A DNA stretch of 64,000 bases from NCBI GenBank assembly GCA_017654855.1, contig CM030332.1, forward strand, positions 1,178,001 to 1,242,000, written 5' to 3'. A model generated the notes under the pieces. It saw nothing but the letters and a program-made list of their open reading frames with translations. It made no database searches and was not told the DNA's origin. This stretch comes from Podospora anserina. Taxonomy: Eukaryota. A program made the position numbers and the translations under genes. Shown piece by piece: positions 1-12,302 of the stretch (positions are counted from its first letter, which is position 1; every line of letters begins with the position of its first letter).

Positions 1-2361
1 CCTGCTGCTTCCAGTCTGGCGATCAACTGAGCGGCGGACTTGGAGTCGGGTGTCTTGTAGAGAATCCGGTCTTGATGGATGCCTCTTGGCGCATCGAGGT
101 CCAGCTTGTCCGCCATCGTGCTTCCACCCATGGGAATGCTCACCCGATACCCCCCGCCGAGCTGATTCTTGAGAGCGGTTCCGGTGCCTCGACATTTGAT
201 CTGGCCCTTGGACAGGATGATGATCTGATCAGCGAGAACCTCGCCTTCGTCCAGGAAATGAGTTGTGAAGACCATCGATCTCTTGGAACGCTCAGCCAGA
301 ATGATGTTCCAGATAGTCCGTCGAGAAACAGGGTCTAAACCGGTTGTGACCTCATCCATCATACAGACAGTCGTATCACCAACGAACATGCAGGCGAGCT
401 GAAGCTTTCTTTTCTGACCGCCGCTCAGCGTGCCAGCCCGACAGTGTGTCTTCTTGGTCAGGTCGCAGGCAGCGATGAGGTCATGAAGCGCTCGTTTGTC
501 TTCAAGTCCGCCTTTGAGCTCGCGCCAAAATTGGACATGCTCAAAGACTGTAAGGCGGTTGAACAAGACATTTCTCTGCGGGCAAACGCCGAGTCGAGGG
601 TGACGAGCATTAATAGTGATTGATCCTGCCGTTGGTGCTCCAGCCCCCGATAGCAAGTCTAGAGTCGTAGACTTGCCTGCCCCATTGACACCAAGGAGGC
701 ATAGTATTTGATTCTTTGGCGCGACCAAGTCAACTCCATCGAGAGCTTTGAAGGTTTTGCCTCTCTGACCGCAGCCAAACAGTCTCCTGATCCACGAGCC
801 AGAGTAGACTTTGGTGAGACCAGTTGCTCGAATAGCAACAGTTGGGTCATCAGCCGCCTCAGACAGTGTCCGATTTTTGAAGTTGGTACCGTGCATGATC
901 CGCTCGGTGATGATGGCCAGGATGGGATAGACCATGATTTGGATCACCAAGAAAACCCAGAATGTCCAAAGGGCGACCTGATAGTTCCCACCCGGAATTG
1001 GCTGGCCATTCCATTCTTGAGGTATTGTCAGGATGGCTTGCGACATGTTCACAGGCTGAGCGGTATAAGCAAACTTGGCCATCTGTCAAAACAATGTCAG
1101 TAACTTGTCAGATCGTCTGGAGCAATATAGCCGTCAGTCTCACATGTGACAGGGAAAAGATGTAGTTCATCTGAGGGAACAACAGCGACAGAGGAAGCAC
1201 CTGTGGCGTTTCGGCGACCCGATTCAACATGATGGCGGCACCGCCTCCGAGGCAACAGAAACAGATGATGACGAATATGCTAGAGATGATACGCTTCGTG
1301 AAAAAAGAGGCACCAAAAATGGCAGCGTTGAGGAAGGCCAGACCATTGAAAAGCTGCCAGAAGATGGGAACTGCTGCGTTGGTTTCGGGAAAGAGTAGAT
1401 TTTGATAGACTGGATAGGGTCGGTCGAGTTAGTCCCTACTTCTCTCGCAGCCTCTCACGCAGTTGTTTGAACAGGACTTACGACACCCAGAGATAAGCCA
1501 TGTCGGAAACTGCACCACACTCAGTGCAAGTATGGTACCGGTGACACGGCCAGCCGGACCTCCTCCCATGGCATCGATCAACTCTGCCGTGCCACTCGCC
1601 CTATCGCCCGACACGAAGCTCACAGTATGGTAAACAGGGACAAGTGTGCTGAGGAAGAAGACAATGGCGTAGGTCCCGATGACCAATCTGGAATACCAAG
1701 CGTCAAGGTTGTCGTTGAGGTACTGCTGGGACGTCCGGCTGTATGCCCACTCCCTCGGTCTCTCATTGTTATCGGTAATAGCATTGTCGACAGCAAGCTG
1801 GACAGGTAGATGGTATATTTGGATGGCACTATCATCGTCATACACGCTGCTGTCGAGAGTCATACCGTAGTGGCGTATGGGGTCGACGATGACTGTGTAG
1901 TCCCATGTTTGGTTGTTGGAAATGCCCATTGTCAGCGGTGAATCTTTGAAGACGATAGTTGCGTAGCAGTTGGACACTCCTCGAAAGTTGGGTGTGCAGT
2001 GGCCTCTGGCTTCATTAGCCGAGTTGAAGCGAATGGTCTTGTCGTTGGGTAGCGAGGCGGCGAGTCTGTCGATGACCGTGTCGACATCAGAGCCGAGAAA
2101 ATCAGGTCTGACAAGAATTAATTGTTGTGAAGCGGGTATGGCTTCGGCGAGGGCACGAATAGGACGAGCATGGCCGACCCCCAGGCGTTCCCTGCTTTTG
2201 GCAAAGTTTCGGATGTTGAGTACGAGGGCGAGAACGACGATAGGAGCCACAATGGATTGAAGAAGAGTCGATATCCAGTGCCGTGTGACTAGGAGAACGA
2301 GGTTCTTCTTGGTGATGGCTTTCACCTGTCGGGAAAAGTCCCGAAGAGATGTTGCTGCCAT
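1..2361 (-). CDS. ABCA-subfamily ABC transporter, 5' part (N-terminal TMD and first NBD); continues beyond the window start; at least 2 introns (1410-1481 and ~1083-1141)
   Basis: Spliced translation gives the ABCA-type N-terminus (KKNLVLLVTRHWISTLLQ), TM helices, Walker A GVNGAGKST (~665-695), signature LSGGQKRKL and Walker B VCMMDE. Confidence 0.9.
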
Positions 2362-4659
2362 TGTCACCGATCTACCTTATCACCGGCTCTCCCAGATGCC
2401 CGGCTCAAGGGTAGTCTGGACATGCCATAAGCTTATGTACTAATAACCTGAGGTCCTCGATGAACTGCCCAGCCCCTTAAACCTCGTATATCTTCAGTAT
2501 GGCTATCAATGCCAACTGCCCATCTCACAAAGTGACGCGGCTCTGAACGGCCTTGCATGTTGTTGACAGGGGGTCACGCCCCCGGATCTTCTTTGCGGTA
2601 CAGCATCACCAGGTTCCTGAGAGTATTGGTAGGGCTTGAATGGTTTAGATGCTGCATCTAGATGCAATACTGCTGATGGCCGCGCGTCCACCAACGATAT
2701 ATCCCATTTGGGTTGTTCGTACTGCACCTCAAACGGTTGCCTGGCCTTTGACAGAACCAACAACCAATGCTGTAGAACAGTGCCAAGTGATCAACATCCT
2801 GGAAAGGGTAGGTAGCATGGGCGGATTTTGTGTTCGAGTTGACAACACAAGTTGAATGTTTAAGATCAGATCAGGGCAGAGCGCGCCTGAGGCAAGGTAC
2901 CCGCGATATTACAGATGCCCTGATACAACATGTGCCAGTCCGAGACTTCTCGAATAACCATCCAGTGTATTTAATGCTTTGAGATAGAAGAAGAGCCAAA
3001 GGACGAGGGAGAGCTTGTGGTAAGCGTCTGACAGGCGCTGAGACAAGGTGACAATGGCAACATCAGCTGTGGAGAGCCAATGAAGTTTCGAACCAACAGG
3101 TTCCTTGGCACCGGACCGCAGCGTCCCGTCATTCCGTCATGTTGCGGCCGGAAGACCACCGGGAGGACTGCCGAAAGCACGGTCCATGAGCGGTTCGGAT
3201 GTTATATCCGGCCGGGTGGGTCTCTCCGCGCTTCCCCGGCGAGCACACCATCACTAAAATGCGGGGGTGGAGATGGCGAGAAACAGCTTTGCCGCTAGGT
3301 ATGCTGTGACTTGTGGATGAGAGGTGGCCACGACTGGTAGAAGAAATGCCAAGATGCAGATGGTATATCGGACCTGAAAACAAGTCGTGCATGAGCAACC
3401 TGGAGTTAAGAAAGCGGTGTGTACTCTGTATGGATGGCCGTTGGCTGCCATTGACCGCTATCGACGAGCATAGTAATCCATATATTCGTGTTCAGATGTT
3501 TTGCTGTTGTTTGGTGAATGTCTTGTCCAACTTGAATAAAATGAATTGCTGCATTGCCGTTGATAATCGATCAGGATGCTCTGAGATAGGTAGGTGACGG
3601 GAGTGGCAGCACACTTGGCAATATTCGTCCCATGGTTGAGTTTAACGCCGAAAAATTGATCAGTCCCCAAAACATCCAAGGAACCGCAGGTGCCGTTCTG
3701 GATCAACAGTGTTTCGCCCGGTGGCGAGCTGGACCTGGCGGCGGCTCGAGACGGACGCAGGCACGCAGGTGACGGACGCTGGTGATCCGTGCAAAAGCCG
3801 GGGCTGAGAGTGATGAGTGAGACCGCAAGAGCCCAACCCGTTGTTTCGAGTCGACACGGACAGAGGCAACTTCAGCAGTTGTGGCAGTAATGTTGACGGT
3901 TCCATGTTTGGTTCGAATTCAGGTTGTCCCTGGAGATGAATGCGTTACCTACCCCAAAACGAGAGCACCGAGGCAAGCAGCAAAAGTCAGCGAAGGGTCA
4001 CTAACAGAGCGCCATATATTTCTTGGTCTGTCTATGATTAGTCGTCCCTCCCTCGCGGGCTTTGTCCACTTCGAGTTCCCCAGCGACTGCCCCATTGGTG
4101 CATTCCGCGCATCCAGCAGCACCCCTGGCCGGGTAAAGACCCCGCCTTAATCCTTCGTTCCCTGCATTCCAGTGCGCATCTGCAGCGCGTGTGCAGTGAG
4201 TGGTCTTGATTGACCGAGTCTTGGGTCTCTCCTTCTCCCGTCGTCCTTCCTGCAACAGCTTCGTGAGACGCTGGTGACCGCTTCCAGCTTCTTTTCAACA
4301 ACTACCAGGTCGCCGCTCTCAGAAGTAGTCGCTGCGATCGATACCTTGCCGAAATCCGAGCCGGAGCAAGCTTCCCCTGGCCCTCCACAGTCCACACTCA
4401 CCAACACAGCCACGGCTGCAAGGGGGAACAGCATTGCAAGCAATTCCATCATCCAAGCATCCAGGCATTGACATTTGCTTGCGGTTGCTGTTGCCGTTGC
4501 CGTTGCGCGCCCACTCCCAGCCGGTGGTTCGGTCGGATCGACTTTGCTGTCGCTGTGTCGCTCCATGAGTTTCCTGACCAAGTCATCATAAACGGTGTTT
4601 GATGAGGGCATCAGCAGACCACGACTAGAACAACAGAATCCTCAGTCAAGCAATTCACC

Positions 4660-5673
4660 ATGGAACCCGTTCCTGAGACAGAGCGAATGGAGGAGTTTCG
4701 GCCCACGTCTATCCCCTCATCAAGAGCGTCGTCTTCTGCTTCGGCGACTCCATCTACGTTGACGCCAGTCGGCCCTCCGGAATTCGACTACCTGCGAAAG
4801 CCTCCCACGATCCGCCGATCGACCGATCCCTCACCTTTGTCCTCACCAATTTCTCCAACATGGACACCTGGGTCTTTGCTCACATACCGTCCTCGTGCAT
4901 CCTCGCCGCTGTCTAGCAACCACGTGCGATCCAGGTCGGCCGCAAGCCTGGCCCCGCCGCCCATGGTGCGCACACAGTCGATGCCAGGAATCAATGGCGG
5001 TGGTCACTTTTCATTGTCGCCTCAGTTTCGTCCTTCGAGCCCTGCAGGATCTCCCAGCCGCATTAGGATCCCCCGAAAGCCGGTTGACGAAGCCTTTCCC
5101 ACATCGCCAACCCGGATTTCGGTTCACGACCCTGAGCGGAAGCTTGCGGAGAGGAACAGTTCGCCCAACCTGGCTCTGAGCTTAACATCTTCAGCCACTA
5201 CTCCCAAGTTACGGCGGCCGGCCTCTCCCCTTCGCCAAATGGCTGTTCCCGGCGCGGGCTCGTTTCCGGTCCATGGCCCTCTTACTCCATCTGCAGTTGC
5301 CACATCGCCGTCTTACCGCGCGTATGATGCATTTTCTAGCACCTCCACCTTTTCGACATATCCATCATCATCTGTCCCGTCTACCCCAACTTCACTTCGA
5401 TCCAGAAGCCCCAGTATTTCCAGTCTTGAAACCATCCCAGACTCACCAGATGCAGAGGAGGCAGCTTTGGAGGCTGAGAGGATAGCGCAGCTCAAGGCAG
5501 CAGCGGAGGCAGCTGAAGGCGGCGAGGAAGAGAAGGGAAGGAGCAGTCTTGATGGCCCATCTCGTGGTAGGACCCTGAGTGGTTTCAGCTCCCGGGACAA
5601 GCGGAAGCGGTGGAGTGTTTGTGGTGCCGAGAGACGACAGGACTTGGATTTGGAAACGATTTGGGAGGATTGA
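4660..5673 (+). CDS. Fungal Ser/Pro-rich (basic proline-rich-type) protein of unknown function
   Basis: 337-aa ORF with good Kozak context (cacc ATG G). C-terminus SLETIPDSPDAEE...RKRWSVCGAERRQDLDLETIWED looks like a conserved fungal motif. Confidence 0.75.
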   Translation: MEPVPETERMEEFRPTSIPSSRASSSASATPSTLTPVGPPEFDYLRKPPTIRRSTDPSPLSSPISPTWTPGSLLTYRPRASSPLSSNHVRSRSAASLAPPPMVRTQSMPGINGGGHFSLSPQFRPSSPAGSPSRIRIPRKPVDEAFPTSPTRISVHDPERKLAERNSSPNLALSLTSSATTPKLRRPASPLRQMAVPGAGSFPVHGPLTPSAVATSPSYRAYDAFSSTSTFSTYPSSSVPSTPTSLRSRSPSISSLETIPDSPDAEEAALEAERIAQLKAAAEAAEGGEEEKGRSSLDGPSRGRTLSGFSSRDKRKRWSVCGAERRQDLDLETIWED

Positions 5674-6298
5674 AACCCCCAGAGCATTGAAACAAGAGCT
5701 GGGGAGACAACCGGAATGGTTGTATTGCATCATCTTTGATATCATCATCATCATCATCATCATAAGGGCGGCGCTTACCAGTTTGTTTTTCAACCGGACG
5801 ACTGTTGATAATTGGGTTTTTTTTTTCCTTTTTTTTTTTTTGCTTCGTCTTTCTTTTGTTCTGGCAAAGGGTCAACATTGTCGGCGTTCTGTAACTCATT
5901 GATCTGATACCCTCTGCATCAAGCACCGTGGAAGATTTGCCACGCGAAAGTAGCTAGGCAATTTCGGGCGAGAAAGGGATTCGTCTATTGTTAGTTGCAT
6001 TCTCTGAACGAGCATCAATTGAGAAGCGGCCATTACAGTGCAGATGGTTTTGTCAAGGGGCTCATTCTAGGGTTGCATGGCAGTATGTCTCGTCTGGCTG
6101 CGTGGGATATTCATCCCTAAATAGCGGCAATGTATATTTTATCTGTTCCGCATTACACTTGAATTGTGCCCTCGATTCCAAGCTCTCCCTGGTGATCATC
6201 CCCTTTTTTGACACGAACTGTATAATACAATGCATTTGCCATGCCGAGAAGAGTACTGAAGCAGATCATCAGAGGCGCTTCTCTAACTACGACACATC

Positions 6299-7442
6299 AT
6301 GCAACTCCCACTTCTTTTCGGCGCCTTGATTGTCCTAATCAGGACCGTGGACGCTGCACCACACTTGGTGAGATGTATTGTGCCCGGGACATGAAAGTGA
6401 AATCTAACTTTTGCAACAGGGGAGGAATCATGCTCGATCTCACCAGCTACTTCAAGAGTTGCACCAGGCTTTGACAACATCTTCCACCACAACCACAGCA
6501 GAGCCTTCCACCCTCACGGTGATACCGAGCTACATGGCGTCTGCTGAGGTAGCTGGCGGTGTGACGGTGACGCTCCCCGGTGCCGCGGCCGCTCTGGCGG
6601 TATCAGCAGGAGTAGTGATCCTGAATCCACTGAACCCTCTCCTCGGTATCACGAGACCAACCAATGTGACCTCAGAGCCAGTGGCTACAACCAGTTCAAC
6701 TACTGTTGAGCCATCTATTTTCCGGTCTGCCACTTCAACAACCACCGTCACGCCTCGTAGCTCAACCCCCAGCAGCTGCCTCTCCGCCACCACGAGTTTG
6801 ATCACCCTAACAGAGACAGTCGACATCACCGTCTCCACCACCGCCCCGGCTGTCACCGTCACCGTCACCCCCCCCTTTTCCTCCTCCTCCTCAACCACCA
6901 CCTCAACAACAACCTCCACATCAACCAGCACCATCACCCTCCGCCGCGTGACTTCTGCCTCTTCCTCTTTCACAACCTCCACCACAACGACTCCCCCAAC
7001 AACAAAAACAACAACAATAACAACAACAACAACAACAAGATCAACCGCCTCCATCACCACAACAAGATCACCGGTCCCCTTGACAACACGACCAACCACC
7101 ACCACTACCGCATCAACCCGCACACCAACAACCACCAGCACCAGGCCCGCAACCACCAGTGAACAAAGCACCTTTTTTGTGTCCTTGTTTTACAACCCCC
7201 CAGCCAGACCGGCAGTTACTAACTCTGTGTCTACGTCAACAACGCTGGAAAACGTCAAGACGGCGACCACGCCGGCGGCGGAGGCCTTGGAGTTTGTGAC
7301 TGCTACGCCTGTCCCTACGCCCACCATTGAGGTCGAGGATCCCGATTGCACAGAGTCTGCTGGGTTTGCAAAGGGGTTCGGAAAGGGAAGGGGTGGGCGG
7401 GCTTGGGGACGGAAGGGGGATTGGGGGGTGGATGAGGAGTGA
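6299..7442 (+). CDS. Secreted Thr/Ser-rich mucin-like protein (intron 6368-6419)
   Basis: Exon 1 MQLPLLFGALIVLIRTVDAAPHL is a signal-peptide-like sequence. The GTGAGA...CTAAC...CAG intron joins it in phase 0 to the Thr-rich ORF 6411-7442. Confidence 0.75.
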
Positions 7443-7597
7443 TTGTGTAAGAGATGGGATGGGACTCGGGGGCTAATATGTATGGATGTTGGCGGCAGGG
7501 TAATATTGTAATACCTACTGTCACAGCCATGAGCAGACGTGCATGAACAGAATTGAAGTGATTTTCATTGCTTAAAGAAAGGGTATGTAAACTACCT

Positions 7598-7834
7598 CCC
7601 TCACCACAAAATAATTGAGACAATACAGTGGGTTTTACATGCCTTAAAAGGATAGTCCATAAGCCTTTAAAGATAGTTTACAATAGGCCTTAAAAATAGT
7701 TCACAAGGCTTCAAAAATAGTGAACAGGCCTTACAAGATCGTTTAAAGGCCTATTAACTTACTTTTGATGTATAGTTTATAGTATAGTATAGGTTAACTT
7801 ACTTTAGTGTCTCAATTGTTTTGTGGGCAGGGTG
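7598..7834. mobile_element. MITE-like non-autonomous element, family A, with internal ~21-bp repeats
   Basis: Left end CCCTCACCACAAAATAATTGAGACA versus reverse complement of the right end CCCTGCCCACAAAACAATTGAGACA (~25-bp imperfect TIR). AT-rich interior with about 6 GCCTTWAAAGATAGT-like units. ACTACCT occurs on both sides (7591-7597, 7835-7841). Confidence 0.75.
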
Positions 7835-8049
7835 ACTACCTACAGACGATCAACTCGTTAAATATCCGGTCCTTGTTGCTACCTCAAAACAAAGAGCACG
7901 ATGGCTATCACCCCCAACATTGCCCTTGGAGCCGCCAGTGACGAACCACCAGTAATAACAAAAGCACATCCCGGGTATCCAGTGTACTGTGTGCCCAAAT
8001 CGGTGAGGCTTCTACACACCTAACACCCACCAAGCGTCAACCAACCCCC

Positions 8050-8060
8050 AAAAAAAAAAA

Positions 8061-8097
<37 letters not shown>

Positions 8098-8120
8098 TAA
8101 ATAATAAAAAATTAAAAAAA
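8050..8120. repeat. Long poly(A)/A-rich tract (poly-T on the strand of the adjacent minus gene's 3' region)
   Basis: About 70 nt of nearly pure A. Confidence 0.9.
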
Positions 8121-8216
8121 TTTCAACATTCCCCAACGCCATATTAGATCATCCGCGCTCCTTCGCACCATCGACTTCATCCTCCCCTTCCGTTGCATAC
8201 CTCACCCTCCCCTCTG

Positions 8217-8661
8217 TCACTTATACTGCATCTGCCCATTAGGCGGCGGTGGCCCATGTCCCCATCCTTGATTCCCCTGCCCGGGAGGCGGAGGCTGCAT
8301 CGGTATCCCCTGCCCCCCTCCCCCGCGCATCTGCTGAACATCCTGCCGGTGCGAAAGCGGCTGCGAATAGTTGCACACCCGGCAGCTGACATCTTCGTAG
8401 CCCTTCATGGAAAGAGGGATGACGGGCTACATCATTTTGCGCATACATGTCAGTAACTAACCAATTTTCATGGATCGACGATTGAGCAGGGAACGGGGAT
8501 ATGATTCAAAAACATACCACAAAGCAAAAGGTAAACCAGGGATGCGACTTGATGACAGAGGCCGAGTAGTTGCCGCAGTTGTGGCAGCGGCAGACGATTC
8601 CTTCGTACCCTTCGACTTCCTTGCGGAACGTGTGTTCGCCACACGTGAATATCAAACACAT
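8217..8661 (-). CDS. Small zinc-ribbon protein (zinc_ribbon_15-like) with Gly/Pro/Gln-rich tail; intron 8427-8517
   Basis: Exon 1 MCLIFTCGEHTFRKEVEGYEGIVCRCHNCGNYSASVIKSHPWFTFCFV splices in phase 0 (GTATGT...CTGAC...TAG) to PVIPLSMKGYEDVSCRVCNY. Two CxxC pairs flank WFTFCFVPVIP. Confidence 0.85.
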
Positions 8662-9316
8662 GGTGACGGTTGCTGAGCTATACTATGTTGCGATGCGCCG
8701 TTGGTGTATATAGAGTAGTTGATGGTGGAGTATACGGAGTAGAGCTAGGTAGAGCTGTCGGTGTTGATGATGATGGAAGGTGGTTGTCAGAGAAAGGATG
8801 AACCTGTTCGCTTTAATCTCGGGAAGGTTGAAATGACGAAGACGCTCTGGGGGTTGCCGCTTTGCGTGTTCCAACGTGGCTGTGTTTCCGATTGCGCAGA
8901 GTGCAGAGCGAGGAAGACACGGGAAGCTCCCGCCAAGAAGCTTGGGGATCTCGGCACCCACGCATGTGCTTTATGCACTGATTGGATGAAAGCTGAAGCT
9001 TGGCAGGTGGGAGCTCTCCACACCTGTCAACCCCACTAAAAAGTCCAAAACTTTGAAGCGCCAAAGCAGCTTGGGGATGGCATTTCATTGAATCTGCATC
9101 GAACTAACCATTGACATTCTTACCAACGACACTCGCGACGGTTGAACCATTGAGCTACGGGCGCGCTTTTATAACCTGAGACTACGTTAGCAACCTTAGA
9201 CCGCAACAATACTTTTTATTATTTTTTATTTAATCCGGCAGCATCAATTCGAACCTCGACGACACGCGACTGGACTACACCACCGCTGATCACATACTGT
9301 CTCGAGTCCCCCCACC

Positions 9317-10357
9317 ATGCTCTACGACCTCAACATCGCCTGGTCCCCAGGCCTCTCCCCCTCCGACCTCCAAAACACCCTCCGCCTCTCCAAAACCCTC
9401 GGCTACGACGTAGTAGCCCTCAACAACACCATCACCGGCTCCCAAATCCCAAACTCGCCCAGCCCAATAACCAACCCCATCCCCATCCTCAACCCACAAC
9501 AACCAGCCGGTGGTGGTGGTGCTCCCTCCTCAATAACAACCCCCTCAACAACAGCCTCCTCCTCCCTCCCCTCCTCCTCCCTCCCCACCATCCTCCGCCG
9601 CGCAACCCTCGAGATCACCGACCCTGCCACAACCAACTACCGCCTCCCCGACTTCACCCGCGCCTACGACCTCCTCGCCCTCCGCCCAACATCCGACAGG
9701 TCCTTCACCTGGGCCTGCAACAACACCACCGACCCGCCCGCCCTCATCTCCCTTGATCTAACACGTCCGTTGGGGTACCACATCCACCCCCGCACCGCCA
9801 TGGCGGCCGTCCACCGAGGGAGCAGATTCGAAGTCTGCTACAGCCAGGCTGTCCAGCTCTCGTCTTTGAACCCAGAGTCGGCACGGGTGAGGAGCATCTT
9901 TATCGGGAACGTGCAGAGTCTGGTCCGGGCGACGAAGGGGAGGGGGATAGTGATTTCTAGCGAGGCGAAATCGGCTTTGGGCCTGAGGGGGCCGGCGGAT
10001 GTGGTGAATTTGATGGCTGTTTGGGGGTTGGGGCCGGAGAGGGGGTTTGAGGGGTTGGGGACGGGGGCGAGGGCGGTGGTGGTGAATGAGGGGGTGAGGA
10101 GGAGGGGGTTTAGGGGGGTGGTGGATATTGTGAGTGTTGCGGAGGGGGGACCGGAGAGGGCGAAGGGGGAGGAGGAGGAGACAAATGGGAAGCAGGGGAA
10201 GAAGGGGCGGAAGCAGAAGGGGCAGCAGCAGCAGCAGCAGGGACAGGGGCAGAAGAGGAAGAATAATGATAAGGGTGGTGGTGGTGGGATTGGGGGTGGT
10301 GGTGGTGGTGGGCAGCAGAAGAATAACAAGAAGATGAGGAAGGAGGGGATGGCATGA
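9317..10357 (+). CDS. RPP1: RNase P/MRP subunit p30 (PHP fold)
   Basis: MLYDLNIAW start, LGYDVVALN, YDLLALRP, FEVCYS and RGIVISSEA..LRGPADVVNL motifs typical of Rpp30/Rpp1. Confidence 0.92.
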   Translation: MLYDLNIAWSPGLSPSDLQNTLRLSKTLGYDVVALNNTITGSQIPNSPSPITNPIPILNPQQPAGGGGAPSSITTPSTTASSSLPSSSLPTILRRATLEITDPATTNYRLPDFTRAYDLLALRPTSDRSFTWACNNTTDPPALISLDLTRPLGYHIHPRTAMAAVHRGSRFEVCYSQAVQLSSLNPESARVRSIFIGNVQSLVRATKGRGIVISSEAKSALGLRGPADVVNLMAVWGLGPERGFEGLGTGARAVVVNEGVRRRGFRGVVDIVSVAEGGPERAKGEEEETNGKQGKKGRKQKGQQQQQQGQGQKRKNNDKGGGGGIGGGGGGGQQKNNKKMRKEGMA

Positions 10358-10787
10358 GTGTTTGTGAGATAGGGCTTGAGAGATAGAGGCATTTGATACC
10401 CCAATTTTGAAGACGTTTTGACGTGTTCAAGTACCCAGGCCTGTGTTCTGGCTCTGTTGACTCTCTTGTCAGGCATCATAACTGCTACGAAACAGCACAT
10501 TCACCAAGAACAAACAAAGAATGATGTTGAGAACACAGGAGACTTGCTCCTTTCCCCCTCTTCCATTCCAAAAAAAATACATCTAATAAACAAACAAAAC
10601 GAACGTCAACCCAGAAGAAGTCGCTATATATACAAAGTTCAAAACTCCCTCGTTCTTTCATATCAATAAAAAAAAAAAGTCCTGCCTCGTATATTTCCCC
10701 TTCATATGTGTCTTTTAAACTTTATGTAGTATATGTACCATCAGAGAGATGTCTTCTTTGCACATCTATTTCCTCCTTGGGGTTGTT

Positions 10788-12302
10788 TTAAATGGCAACA
10801 GCAGCAGCAGCAGCAGTAGCCTGCACCAATCCCCCCAAGTTCAACTGGCTCTCCAGCTTCACACCCTCCAGGTCGATATCCACCACCGGCACAGCAGCAC
10901 CACCATTATTCACGCCCTCTGCCGCACCGTTCGCAACGGCTGGTGTGGTGGCTGCCGGTGGGGGCGGGGCCTCGGCCGAAGCGATGGGGATGAGGCTTGC
11001 GACACCGCCAAAGGCCCCTTCTGGGATCAAGGGGACGGTGGGGGTGGGGTTTGCGAGGCTGAGGGTCGAGTCCAGGGATGAGGCGGCTGCTGGTGGGGGT
11101 GGGGTTGTTGCTACTCTGGTCAGCATCACTCTAGATTATTAAAAAAAAAAAGGGGGGGGTTAACTTACGAGCAGCGGTTTCCTCTGCTGGGGCGGACTCC
11201 TCAGCAGGTGTAGTCTCTGCTGGAGCGGCGCCCTCGGTGGAAGTGGGGGTTTCGACTGGGAGGGCCTCAGCGGTAGAGGATTCCAAACCAGGGAGGGGCG
11301 CAAGAGAGGAGGCGGCGTCGCCTGCGTTGGGGTCTAGGCCGGGGAGAGGGGCGAGGGTGGGTTCAGCGCCTGCTTCGGCGGCAGTGGTGGTGGTGCTCTC
11401 TGAAAGGACAACGCCGGGCACGGGGTCGACGGTGGGCTCGGCGGCGGCGGGTTCTTCGGTGGAGAGGCCGGGAGGAGGGAGGAGCTCGGGGTTGCCTTCG
11501 GCTGGGGGGTTGGCGTCTTCGGTCGGGAGAGGGAGAAGGGTGTCGGGTGCGTCACTACCGGCGGCGGGGGCTTCGGTGACGGCGGGATCGGCAGCGGCAG
11601 GGTCGGTCACGGCTGGGTCAGCAGCGGGTGGTGCCTCCTCGGTTGGAACCGCAGGAGGCCCGGTTTCAACCGCGCTGGTGACAATGGCTTCGGTAGGAAC
11701 CTGCACAACAACGACACCAACACCACCCGAGGCAAGACCGTCGGTGGCGGGCGTAGGCGTAGCAACCGGGTCGGCTCCGGTTTCGATAGCTCCAACGGCT
11801 CCATCCGGAGCAGTAGCCGTGGCCTCGACGCCCTCAGCGGGAGGCGGAACATCTCCCTCGCTCGGTTGAGCAGCTTCTCCCCCTTCCTGAACCTGCCCAT
11901 TACAGACCGTAACCGTTACCGGCGGCGCCGTGACAGTAACAGCCGCAGCACCATCCGCTCCAACAGTCTCTGTGATGGTCACCGTCTCAGTCGCGTTCCC
12001 AACCGCACCCGCCGCGCCGTCACCCCCAACAGTAATAGTCTGCCGTTCCGTCTCGGTCACCGTCACCTGCTCCTGCCTCGCAACGATGCGGTCGTAGATG
12101 CTCATGAATCCATCCGCCAAGTTTGGTGCTGACGAAGGGGCATTCTGACGACGCGCCAGTCTTGCCCCATCTCGCTCATAAACAGCTGCCTATCTCAAGT
12201 GTTAGTTCCACAATCTCAACTTTCCCACTCAGAGAAATCTCTTACCTGGGCGAGCGAGAGGGTGCCCAGGAAAAGTGCTAACGAAGACACATGAGGCCTC
12301 AT
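10788..12302 (-). CDS. Secreted Ala/Pro/Thr/Glu-rich protein (introns ~12191-12245 and ~11111-11168)
   Basis: Exon 1 MRPHVSSLALFLGTLSLAQ is signal-peptide-like. A dibasic ARR|Q Kex2-like site follows. GTAAG donors join ORFs 11131-12120 and 10788-11129 in frame. Confidence 0.75.

Noticed and set aside
3900-3930. GGTTCGAATTC, resembling a tRNA T-loop/B-box
   Set aside because: No cloverleaf stems or A-box around it.
4147-4611. 154-aa minus-strand ORF just upstream of the Ser/Pro-rich gene
   Set aside because: No recognisable motif; probably the antisense of a long 5' leader.
7640-7760. CRISPR-like reading of the ~21-bp repeats
   Set aside because: Eukaryotic context, units are adjacent with no unique spacers, and there are no cas genes.
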